A stretch of 64,000 nt of DNA from positions 103,044,001 through 103,108,000 of the forward strand of contig NC_135812.1 in NCBI RefSeq assembly GCF_964213995.1, read 5' to 3'. Source of the stretch: Mustelus asterias. Taxonomy: Eukaryota. This document shows, in pieces, positions 1 through 9,920 of this stretch. Below the pieces are notes generated by a model, which saw nothing but the letters and a program-made list of their open reading frames with translations, had not been told where the DNA came from and ran no database searches. The position numbers and the translations under genes are program-made. Each line of letters begins with the position of its first letter. The first letter of the stretch is position 1.

Positions 1-119
1 ATTTTGCAAGCCCGAAAGCTAGTGGTTTTTGCTACCAAATAAACCTGTTGGACTTTAACCTGGTGTTGTGAGACTTCTTACTGTGTTTACCCCAGTTCAA
101 CACCGGCATCTCCACATCA
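1..119 (+). mobile_element. 3' end of a Penelope-like element (family A), cut by the window edge
   Basis: GAAAGCTAGTGG..AAATAAACCTGTTGGACTTTAACCTGG..CCGGCATCTCCACA matches 2130-2235. Confidence 0.8.
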
Positions 120-567
120 TGAGCATTTATTGCTCATCCCTAGCTGCCCAATTCCCCCCAGATTTTCTGCCTGCGTCGTTGTACTCTCTCAGAGCGAATA
201 CAGGCTGAAAATGGCCCCCCAAAAAAAGTATTTTGCTGTAGGGCAGTTGAGAGAAAACAGGAGGTGTGCCTCAAAACTATTTTGATAGTATAGAGGTACG
301 CCGTGACATATAAAAGGTTGGGATCCACTGCTCTACAGTTCCGTAGAAGAGTCATATGGACTTAAAACAATGTCCCTGATTCTCTCTCCACAGAGCTGTC
401 AGACCGAAGTTATCCAGCATTTTCTGTTTTTTTATTTCAGACTTCTATCATCCGCAGTATTTTGCTTTCATTGGATAAACATCAATATTGGAATGTAAAG
501 TGGCCATAGTCCCAGATAACCATAGACTGCACTCTCCTTCGAGGGGGAGAGCTGACTGGTGGTGATT

Positions 568-782
568 ATGATGTGGAGATGCCGGCATTGGACTGGGGTA
601 AATACAGTAAGAGTTTTAACAACACCAGGTTAAAGTCCAACAGGTTTATTTGGTAGCAAATGCCATTAGCTTTCGGAGCCCTGCTCCTTCCATCTGACGA
701 AGGAGCAGGGCTCCGAAAGCTAATGACATTTGCTACCAAATAAACCTGTTGGACTTTAACCTGGTGTTGTTAAAACTCTTAC
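568..782 (-). mobile_element. Fold-back PLE mini-element (family A)
   Basis: 84-bp inverted arms 607-690 and 699-782 (one mismatch) plus a tail at 568-606; 10-bp TSD GGTGGTGATT at 558-567 and 783-792. Confidence 0.88.
691..725 (+). ncRNA. Minimal hammerhead-ribozyme motif
   Basis: cat-CTGACGA-A-GGAGC-agg-GCTCC-GAAA-GCT-A-atg; stem I is CAT/ATG. Confidence 0.65.
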
Positions 783-898
783 GGTGGTGATTTAACCAGA
801 AAGTCACCACACTTAAGCTGAGGGGCAAGGTTGAGAAGGTGAGCCTTCATGAATAGCCTCAATTATCAATACTGGAAACAATGTACTTGACTAGCACA

Positions 899-1245
899 GG
901 CAGTATGGTGGTTAGCACTGCTATCTCACAGCACCAGGGATCCAGGTTCAATTCCAGCCTTGGATGACTAACAGTGTGGAGTTTGCACATTCTCCCCATG
1001 TCTATGTTGGTTTCCTTCAGGTGCTCTGGTTTCCTCCCACACTCCAAAGATGTGCAGGTTAGGTAAATTGGCCATGCTGAATTGCCCCTTAGTGTCCCAA
1101 GATGTGTAGGTTAAATGGATTAGCCATGGGAAATGTGTGGGGTTACAGAGATACGATGGAGGGATAGGGTCTGGGTTAGATACTATCAGAGTTGGTGCAG
1201 ACTCAATGGACTGACTGACTTCCTTCTGCACTGTAGGGATTCTGA
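899..1245 (+). mobile_element. HE1/V-SINE-type tRNA-derived SINE
   Basis: GTGGTTAGCACTGC A-box, GGTTCAATTCC B-box, V-domain core GGAGTTTGCACATTCTCCCC, LINE-like tail. Confidence 0.85.
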
Positions 1246-1282
1246 GTGGATGCTAGCAGGGATGCCATGAATAAAGAAGACA

Positions 1283-2235
1283 AACAAGGGACACGGTGGA
1301 CAGAATACCCTTCTTCATCCAGTACTTCCCTGGAGCAGAGAAACTACGACATCTTCAACATGTCATTGATGAAGACGAACATCTTGCCAAGGCCATCCCC
1401 ACACCCCCACTTCTTGCCTTCAAACAACCGAACAACCTCAAACAGACCATTGTCCGCAGCAAATTACCCAGTCTTCAGGAGAACAGTGACCACGACACCA
1501 CACAACCCTGCCACAGCAACCTCTGCAAGACTTGCCAGATCATCTCATGTGAGAACACCATCCACCAGGTACACAGGTACATACACTTGCAACTCGGCCA
1601 ACATTGTCTACCTGATACGCTGCAGGAAAGGATGTCCCGAGGCATGGTACATTGGGGAGACCATGCAGACGCTACGACAACGGATGAATGAACACTGCTC
1701 GACAATCACCAGGCAAATTTCTTCCTGTTGGGAACACTTCAGCGGTCACGGGCATTCGGCCTCTGATCTTCGGGGAAGCGTTCGCCAAGGCGGCCTTCAC
1801 GACACACGACAACGCAGAGTCGCTGAGCAGAGGCTGATAGCCAAGTTCCGCACACATGAGGACGGCCTCAACCAGGATCTTGGGTTCATGTCACACTATC
1901 TGTAACCCCCACGACTTGCCTGAGCTTGCAAAATCTCACTAACTGTCCTGTCTGGAGACAATACACATTTCTTTAACCTGTGCTTAACCCTCTCTCCACT
2001 CACAATGTCTGCACTTGATTACCTGTAAAGACTCGCATTCCAACCATTATTTTGTAAATTGAGTTTGTGTCTTTATATGCGCTGTTTGTGAACAGAACTC
2101 CCACTCACCTGACGAAGGAGCAGCGCTCCGAAAGCTAGTGGCTTGTGCTACCAAATAAACCTGTTGGGACTTTAACCTGGTGTTGTGAGACTTCTTACTG
2201 TGCTTTTACCCCAGTCCAATGCCGGCATCTCCACA
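1283..2235 (+). mobile_element. 5'-truncated Penelope-like retroelement with GIY-YIG endonuclease (family A)
   Basis: [53 protein letters not shown]; upstream frame LAFKQPNNLKQTIVRSKL; 18-bp TSD CCATGAATAAAGAAGACA at 1265-1282 and 2236-2253. Confidence 0.92.
2105..2141 (+). ncRNA. Minimal hammerhead-ribozyme motif in the PLE 3' repeat
   Basis: tcac-CTGACGA-A-GGAGC-agc-GCTCC-GAAA-GCT-A-gtgg; stem I TCAC/GTGG, palindromic AGCT in place of stem III. Confidence 0.7.
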
Positions 2236-2386
2236 CCATGAATAAAGAAGACATACAATCGGGCGACATCATGCCTATGGAGGACTCTTCCCGTTGACAG
2301 GGGATATTGACTGGGGACATTGCCCTCTTTTTAGGGACTGCACAAAAACTCTCCTTCATTGAGGGAAAGGTGTGTCAATTGGAGGT

Positions 2387-2494
2387 CCAATAGAAATGCA
2401 GCCCCCTCACAATATCCAATCAGGAGCTGAGTCTCCCTGTTGCTAACACGTGCTTATCCAATTAAAACAGGGATTTTTACCCAGGCTGGCCAAT
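2387..2494 (+). promoter_or_regulatory. TERF2IP promoter with four CCAAT boxes (NF-Y type)
   Basis: CCAAT at 2387, 2416, 2458 and 2490, immediately upstream of the ATG and CpG island. Confidence 0.6.
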
Positions 2495-2540
2495 CACAGT
2501 CCCTCGACCCCAGCCCGCCACTGGTCCCGCGTTGAACCCT

Positions 2541-3186
2541 ATGGCGGCATCGACCTCCAGGCAGACCCCGACCCACTCCCGGACACTTTTCCTGGGAAGC
2601 GAGGGTGTCCCGCTCCGCTTCTACGTGAGGCCGGGGCCCACCAAGGCCTCGCTGTTTCCGCTGATTGTGCACGGCGGCGGGGTGATGTGCCGACACCGGG
2701 AATGGGGCGCCGTCCTGCTGACCGAGCTGGAGGAGACGGGGCCGCCGCCCAAGGGCTACACCACAGCCCGCTACGTGCTGGACTGCGTGGAGAAGAACGA
2801 GCAGCTGCCGCTAGAGGACTACGGTGGCCAGCGGGCCTGCCCGCCGCGGGCTGAGGTCCGGCAGGCCCAGCCAAGAGCCGGTAGGACGCAGTTCAGCAAG
2901 CTGGACGACGTCGCCATCTTGATGTACCTGCGGTCTCACGTTAAAGAGAGCGGGCGCTCGGTCCGCGGCACAGTCACCTGGCAGGAGATGGAGCGGATCC
3001 AGCTGACCGCCCACCCCTGGCAGTCCATGCGGAGCCGCTACTTGCGCTACCTCTGCGGCCGGGAGCACCTTTACCAACTCGACAGCCGCTCCGTCATCCC
3101 CACCGCCATCTTTCCCAAGTTGAACGGTCCGGAGGAGGCCAGCGCTTGGCCAGCTCCCAAACCGGAGGCGGCTCAATTGTGGAAAG
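2541..3186 (+). CDS. TERF2IP: TERF2IP exon 1 (BRCT and Myb)
   Basis: ATG at 2541 in a CpG-rich region; donor AAG|GTGAGG, phase 1. Confidence 0.9.
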
Positions 3187-6100
3187 GTGAGGCCTTCCTG
3201 CGCCAGGGGAAGGACGGCCGTTGGGTTGCCGGCGGCAAGTGAGCATGCGCCCGTCCGTGAATGCCCGTGCGCATGTGCGAGACCGTCAGCTGTCCGCATG
3301 CGCATTTGGACCCCCAAATGTATCGATGTTGTCCCTATCCTCTAAAGTTAAAAGTTTGTTTATTAGTCACGAGTAAAGTTTACATTAATACTGCAATGAT
3401 GTTACTGGGTAAAGGGTAGTTAGCTGAGGTGTTCTTGTCTATTTCTGACCAAAAGGTCCTTCAAGCACACCAGAATGATAGGGAGTGGGATAGCTTGATC
3501 TTGGTTTCGGACAAAGCACGGCACAACATCGAGGGCCGAAGGGCCTGTGCTGTGCTGTACTGTTCTATGTTCAAGCCGCCTGTCTTTTCATATGGTTTCA
3601 TTTTTCTTCTTCTTTAAGGTAGACCTGAAGAGAGAAAACGCAGGAAAATCTCAGCAGGTCTGGCAGCATCTGTAATCATAGAAACCCTACAGTACAGAAA
3701 GAGGCCATTTGGCCCATCGAGTCTGCACCGACCACAATCCCATCCAGGCCCTACCCCCATACCCCTACATATTTACCCACTAATCCCTCTAACCTACGCA
3801 TGCGCATGGGAGAGAAGAGCTGACATTTCGAGTCCAGATGACCCATTGTCCGAGACGTCAGCTTTTTTCTCTCCTTACAGATGCTGCCAGACCAGCTGAG
3901 ATTTTCCAGCATTTTCTCTTTTGGTTTCAGATTCCAGTATCTGCAGTAATTTGCTTTTATTTCTTGAGGTAGACCTGTCTTTTTTTACTCATTTACTGGT
4001 TGTGGGTGTCCAGCATTTCTTACTGTAAAGATATACGTTATAGATTGTTAGCAATATAAAATGTATTTATTAATATGGAAACATTTTGTAGAGGCTTGTA
4101 ATCTTGTAGCTGCAATTTATCATGACCATCAACCTAACCTACACACTTCTGGACTGAGGGTAGCACAGTGGTTAGCACTGGTCCCTCACAGCACCAGGGA
4201 CCTGGGTTCAAATCTGGCCTCTGGCCACCTATGTGGAGTCTGCACGTTCTCTCCATGTCTGTGTGGATTTCCTTTGGGTGCTCAAGTTTCCTCCCACAGT
4301 CCTAAGATGTATGGGTCAGGTTGATTAACCCTAGTATTGGGGGGATTATGTGTGGGGTTACAGGGCCTGGGTTTGTGTTTAGTGCAGATGATGGGCTGAA
4401 TGGCCTTTTTTGCATTGTAGGTATTCAATACAAGCTGACATAGACACTGGGAGAATGTGAAACTCAAGGCTGGAATTGAACCTGGGTCACTGGCAGCAGT
4501 GCTAACACAGTGAGAGCTTTGGCAACGCCGGGTTGGAGTCCAGCAGGTTTATTTGGTGGCGGATGCCGTTAGCTTTCGGAGCGCTGCTCCTTCGTCAGAT
4601 GGAGTGGAAATCTGACGGGGGAGCAGTGCTCCGAGGGCTGATGGCATTTGCTGCCAGGTGGGCCTGTTGGACTTTAACCTGGTGTTGAAACTCTTGCTGT
4701 GTTTACCCCAGTCCAATGCCGACATCTCCACAGCAATGTTAACAACCATTGTGCCATCTTGCCTCAGTCTCCTATATGTTTTCTACATGTCTTTAGACTG
4801 TTTTCTGCCTCAAGACTCTACCCCTTGAGGTGATTACTTAGTCCTAATTGGTCCCTTAAGCCAATTGACCCTCCTTTGCTGTTTTGCCCTTAGAGGGATA
4901 ATCACCAGTTACCCTCCCTAATAGCCCTTGAAGATGATGTGTTTCTGCAGTCCATCTATTGTAGATACACCCATAGTGCTCCTAGCGAGGGAGTCTATGA
5001 TATTCTAATAGTTTCAGTCTTGTGTTAATAATATGAAGGTGCAACTGCTAATAATTGGGTAAAGGGAATAAATAATGGGGAGGAGAGTGAGATGGATAAG
5101 AGACCAGAGCAATGCAAAGCTCGGAGATAAGTTGTGTCATGGGGCAGGAGGAGGTTATAGAGCTTAGAAAATAAACCCCTTCCACTTGATTAGAAGCACC
5201 CACTCTTACAGGACACCAGGGTGCCTTCTCACTGCTAAACAGCTATAAACCTAAACCTAAAGTGTGTCAAGATATGTTCTTTTAAGTGATTTTCCTACAG
5301 CATCCTTGCAGGTAGATTTTTCTGCACCTCTGACTTTGATTTCATTGAGAAGGTTTGAAAAGAAAATCGTATCTCCATTACTTCCTTCTCTATAGAATCC
5401 CTATAGTGTAGAAAGAGGCCATTCAGCCCATCAAGTCTGCACCAACTCTGACAGACCATCTTGCCCAAGTCTCTGTAACTCCAATAAGGGGCCAATCCAA
5501 CTAACCTGCACATCTTTGGAATGTGGGAGGAAACTGGCGCACCCGCAGGAAACCCACTTTGATATGGGGAGAGTGTAAACTCCACACAGTCACCCGAGAT
5601 CTGAATCGAACCCTGGTTCCTGGCACTGCAAGGTAACAGTGCTAACCATTGTTGCTGTGCTACCCAAGTCTATTGTAGTTCAGGCTTGACCATATAGTAG
5701 ACAGCCCAGTGCAGTGAATGCTGCATTGTCAGTGGTCTCATCCTTCACATAAGCAATGAGACAAAAGGACTGATGGCTCCTAGAGCCTCCTTGGCTCGTC
5801 ATCAACTCTGTTTTCCAATCCCATCTCCCATAATTTCTTTCTTAACCCCCACCCCAAAGAGACTATTGATCTTCGCCTTGAATATGCTCTGTGACTGATC
5901 ATGCCTAGTTCTCTAGTGAATCTTACAAAGATTCACAACTCTCTATCCCTTATTCTCAGTTCTAATTGGTAGATACTTGCGATTCTGACCTCCGATCCTT
6001 TGGAACATAAGAGCAGGAGTAGGCCATGTGACCCCCCCCCCCCCCCATCTGCTCCACCATTCATTTAGACATGGCTGACCTTCTACTTTAATGCTATTGT

Positions 6101-9100
6101 CCTGCACCATAACTCTCCAGCTTTATATTCAGAATCTATCAATCTCTGTCTTGAATATACTCAATGACTGAGCCTCCATAGCTTGCTACAGTAAAGATTC
6201 ACTCCTCTGACTAATGAAATTCCTCCACAGCTCAGTCCTAAATGGTCTACCTCTTATTCTGAAATTTGTGCAACCAGGGGAAACTACTATCCAGCCTGTC
6301 AAGCCCTCTTAGAATTTTAAACATTTCAGTGGGATCACGTCTCGTTCTTCTTGGGAAATTCTAGTTTGAGTAGATAGTGGAGTGGACTCGATGGGCCGAA
6401 TGGCCTTACTTCCGCTCCTATGTCTTATGGTCTTATAAACTGTGGCCCTGTCACCCTGTTCCAAGCGCTCTTGAGGGAAGAGCAGGAAGATGTCTCGTTT
6501 GTGAGGTCTTGCACCAGAATTGTTGCTGTACAAGTCTGCCAAGCAATCCTTGTATTTCAATGTAATTCATTTGAGTTTTTTGTGACCATTTGTATAAAGG
6601 TAAGGCCCTGCCCCTATTGCAGTGCGGTGGCTCACAACGCCAAGGATCCGGGTTCAGTTCCCATCTTGGGTGACTTTGTATGGAGTTTGCACATTCTCCC
6701 CATGTCTGCGTGGGTTTCCTCCAGGTGCTCCGGTTTCCTCCCACACTCCAAAGATGTGCAGGTTAGGTTGATTGGCCATGCTAATCCCACGGGGCTGCAT
6801 AGGTGGGATTGTCTGTGCAGACACAATGGCTGAACGGCATCCTTCTGTACTGAGGGATTCTATGATTTATTTACCAGCTTCTTGTTCATAAAATTGTCTG
6901 ACCTGGTTCATTTTAGTTGCTGCTTTTTAAAAAAATTACCAGAAGTGTTGCTGGAGTAACTGGTTTAATATGTCTGATAGGTAAAAAGAACCCAGACAGT
7001 CGCCAGCACATCGACCGAGAGGAAGCAGCTGCCTCAGTTGAACGAGTATCTGATGGTGTAAATTCAGAGGAGGAATGCTTCAACATATTTCCTGTCGCTA
7101 TCCGTGAATTTGAGGTGGGCAGTAAATACTGGCTTCCTTTAATGAAGTTTGTTTTCATCAATTTTTTTGCAATCTGCTTGGTGGGGTGTTTGCAAACAAC
7201 TAGAATTTCCTTGTTTATGATGGCATCTGATAGTCCTGGACTATAGAAAACCACAACTCCATCTCTTCCAGTATAGTCTCCCTCACCATTGACTGACTTA
7301 CCAGATCTTGCCTCCTGAATAAACTGTTAGGTGGCAATATCAGTTGAGGCAGACGAGTGTGGGAAGATAGAGGTTGATTTCTCAAGTAATGGCTGTATGT
7401 TGGAGTGCAGTGTTTAAGACCTCTGCCCTTCTTTGGCCATGCTGTTCCAATACAGCTACAACACTGGCATCTACTTGACAATGTGGAAAGTTGCCCAAGT
7501 AAGTCCTGTCCAAACAAATCTGGAGACATTTTAAAAGTGGTTAACTTCTGATCCATTGGTCAATTTAAGTAATCAGCAAAGTGATGGTGTAATCCACAGT
7601 GCTATCGAATGGCAGTGTGCGTGTGCAGTGGGGTGTCTTTTGAAGTACTGTACAAACATTTTATCTCTCTGCACATCATTAACATTTGTCATTACTATGT
7701 TGAATATCACCTAATCTGTTTTTGATATCAGGTCAGGGAAGAGTCTTGGCCACGGCATGTTCTAATTTTACCTTGGGAGATTATGTCCACATGCACCAGA
7801 GAAACAAGGCTTTAGTATAATTATACCCTCAACTTGCTGATTCTCTGCAGTGTGGCCATCAGCCTTGCTAATTGTTATCCAAGTTGTAGTCGTTATGACT
7901 TATTTGTAAATTATACTGCATTGCCAATTCTGTCACATTTAAGTAATGGTCTTTCTACTTGACCGAGTTGATGGCCAGTGCTGGCGAGCCTAGCTTTTTT
8001 TTTGCTGGCTCTAGATGTCCTGAATCACTAAACTTTTGTTGCTGGTGTTCCCACAATAATGTTGGGCAGCCCCTCTAAGTGTCCAGAGGGGCAATTTTTT
8101 CAGAGGGTGGTGAGTGTCTGGAACAAGCTGGTAGAGGTGGGTACAATTTTCTCTTTTAAAAAGCATTTAGATAGTTACATGGGTACGATGGGTATAGAGG
8201 GATATGGGCCAAATGTAGGCAATTGGGATTAGCTTAGGGTTTTTTAAAAAAAGGGCGGCATGGACAAGTTGGGCCGAAGGGCCTGTTTCCATGCTGTAAA
8301 CCTCTGACACTATGTTGGGTGGAGGCATTGCAAACTTCTGTCCCATCGACTATGCCGGGATGGCAACATATGTTTGCGTAATGGTGGTGTGTCTCTTTGG
8401 GCATTTGAAAGTGATGGTGTTTCCATGATACTACTCCTCTTTGGAGTTTCAGTAGTAGGCAGATGCAGAAATCAGCTTGATGACTTGGTACATGATTGTA
8501 AATACTGCAACGACAGTGCAATGACTATGATAATGGAGTGCTGATCTCGTGCACTGCTTTCTCCCCAAGTAGTATGAAGCTTTAAATGATATTGCAACTG
8601 CACCCATCCAAGTGAAAAATGAGTATTCCATGCACATACCTGACTTTGGCTTTGTAGATGCTGGGACATTGAGGACCAAGTTGCTCTCACTATGACTTTT
8701 CTGTCCTTGGCCTGCTAAAGTGTCCCAATGAAACTCGACACAAGCTTGAGAAACATTACCTCACCTTTTTGATTGTGCACTTTACAGCCTTCTGGACACA
8801 ACATTGAGCTAAACCTTTTAGTTTCTCTTTTTGCACCAGAGAAACAGTAGCTATCCTGTCATTCACACCTTCTCTGACACCTCTTTTACTACTTGCCCCA
8901 TTACCACCCCTTACCAAAATAAACTTTTTGTCATTTTTGTTCTTCTTTTCCTACTCCTTTCACTTGCTGAAAACATTACATTTCTAATGAGCTATAGCTC
9001 CTTGGGGCTAAAGGGATATGGGGGCTGGGGGGTGTGGAAAGTGGTGGGATCAGGATATTGAATTTAATTAAAATGAATGGCCTACTCCTGCTTCTGGTTT

Positions 9101-9920
9101 TCTATATTCAAATCCAAAACAGTAACACTCCACAGGTGCTGCCAGACCAGCTAAGTATTTCCAGGATTTTCTGTATTAAACTGGATTGGTGTTTTACTCA
9201 ATATAAGACTCAGCATAGCCAAGTGATAAGAGAAGGAGGGTTATAAATCTGTCATAGCCTAGTTTGTCTATTCAAGAGCATTTTGAAATGGGACAGACCA
9301 GAGCTGATAGTCAGTTAGAGAACCTTCTGCAAATGAGCTGTTTGAACCATATAGCCAGTTGGTTTGTGATAGGTTTATACTCCAATTGACTTGAAACATT
9401 TTGATCCTCATTCTAGGTTGAAGATGACACTCCAGAACTGGTAAATATTGGTGATGAATTAGAGACCAAGAAGGTTTCTCAAGAGCAACAGATGGAGACT
9501 GACAAACCCCTGCAAGTGAATCCTGCCAAGCATTGTCCTAAGCATAAAGAAACTTTAGCAGGGTTTGTCATGCACAATGAACAATCTGAATTAGACTCTC
9601 AGACACCAGTGGATGAGTTATCCTCTCTGCCCACAGCCTCCCAGGATGAGGTGGAATGTGCAATTAAAGCAATTAATACATTGATGCAAACTCATAACCT
9701 GGATCTCTGTGCAGCCACACAGTTGTTATTGAAGAACAGTGGAGAGCTCTCAGCAGCGTTGCATTTTATGGAAACTGGTCACCGGCCAGATGGTTATCCT
9801 ATCTGGACACACCGAGATGACCTTGACTTGGAGAAGGCTGACAGAAAAGTGCAGGAGCGGTTAATCCAGAAATTTGGCAGTGATAATTTGGCCAAACGCA
9901 TTGCCTTTCGTAAAAGTTAG
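2541..9920 (+). CDS. TERF2IP: TERF2IP/RAP1 shelterin subunit; spliced CDS join(2541..3186,6981..7114,9417..9920), about 427 aa
   Basis: N-terminal BRCT-like segment (HSRTLFL..PLRFYVRPGPTK..LIVHGGG), Myb domain (GRTQFSKLDDVAIL..WQEME..HPWQSMRSRYLRYL) and C-terminal RCT (QLLLKNSGEL..GYPIWTHRDDLDL..KFGSDNLAKRIAFRKS). GT-AG introns with matching phases; total 1284 nt including stop. Confidence 0.93.
3243..3304. promoter_or_regulatory. Cluster of NRF1-like GCGCATGCGC motifs in TERF2IP intron 1
   Basis: GCATGCGC, TGCGCATGTGCG and CGCATGCGCA within about 60 bp at the edge of the CpG island. Confidence 0.45.
3630..3961. mobile_element. Fold-back remnant of a second PLE-like terminal repeat (family B), interrupted by a SINE tail at 3676-3801
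   Basis: GGAAAATCTCAGCAGGTCTGGCAGCATCTGTAA and its complement TTACAGATGCTGCCAGACCAGCTGAGATTTTCC. Confidence 0.65.
4155..4428 (+). mobile_element. HE1/V-SINE-type SINE
   Basis: Same consensus as 899-1245. Confidence 0.8.
4508..4732 (+). mobile_element. Fold-back PLE mini-element (family A) with A-to-G hypermutation
   Basis: Inverted arms homologous to 607-782; degenerate TSD GCAGTGCTAACA (4496-4507) and GCAATGTTAACA (4733-4744); inserted in a SINE. Confidence 0.88.
4566..4602 (-). ncRNA. Minimal hammerhead-ribozyme motif (minus strand of the edited hairpin)
   Basis: ccat-CTGACGA-A-GGAGC-agc-GCTCC-GAAA-GCT-A-acgg; core intact, one stem I mismatch. Confidence 0.55.
5391..5665 (-). mobile_element. 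HE1/V-SINE-type SINE
   Basis: Reverse complement of the same consensus. Confidence 0.8.
6619..6866 (+). mobile_element. HE1/V-SINE-type SINE
   Basis: Same consensus. Confidence 0.8.
6981..7114 (+). CDS. TERF2IP: TERF2IP exon 2
   Basis: Acceptor atag|; encodes GKKNPDSRQ..CFNIFPVAIREFE; donor GAG|GTGGGC. Phase 1 in and phase 0 out fit exons 1 and 3. Confidence 0.8.
9417..9920 (+). CDS. TERF2IP: TERF2IP exon 3 (RCT domain)
   Basis: Acceptor ttctag|GTTGAAGAT, in frame with the 9492..9920 ORF; stop TAG. Confidence 0.9.
   Translation, partial: VEDDTPELVNIGDELETKKVSQEQQMETDKPLQVNPAKHCPKHKETLAGFVMHNEQSELDSQTPVDELSSLPTASQDEVECAIKAINTLMQTHNLDLCAATQLLLKNSGELSAALHFMETGHRPDGYPIWTHRDDLDLEKADRKVQERLIQKFGSDNLAKRIAFRKS

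Noticed and set aside
899-965. tRNA-like A and B boxes as tRNA genes
   Set aside because: They are SINE heads followed by the V-domain core; no cloverleaf could be built.
1246-1905. 219-aa ORF as a host nuclease gene
   Set aside because: It is a frameshifted GIY-YIG fragment of a TSD-flanked Penelope element.
2532-3242. The 236-aa ORF as a single-exon RAP1, or use of the GTGAGC donor after 3238
   Set aside because: The 3238 donor is phase 2 and breaks frame with exon 2. The 3186 donor gives a complete BRCT-Myb-RCT protein. The ORF-track start at 2532 is TTG, not ATG.
4508-4732. APOBEC editing or CpG decay as the cause of the hypermutation
   Set aside because: Several sibling copies and the opposite arm show A is ancestral; A-to-G is not a cytosine-deamination product on either strand.
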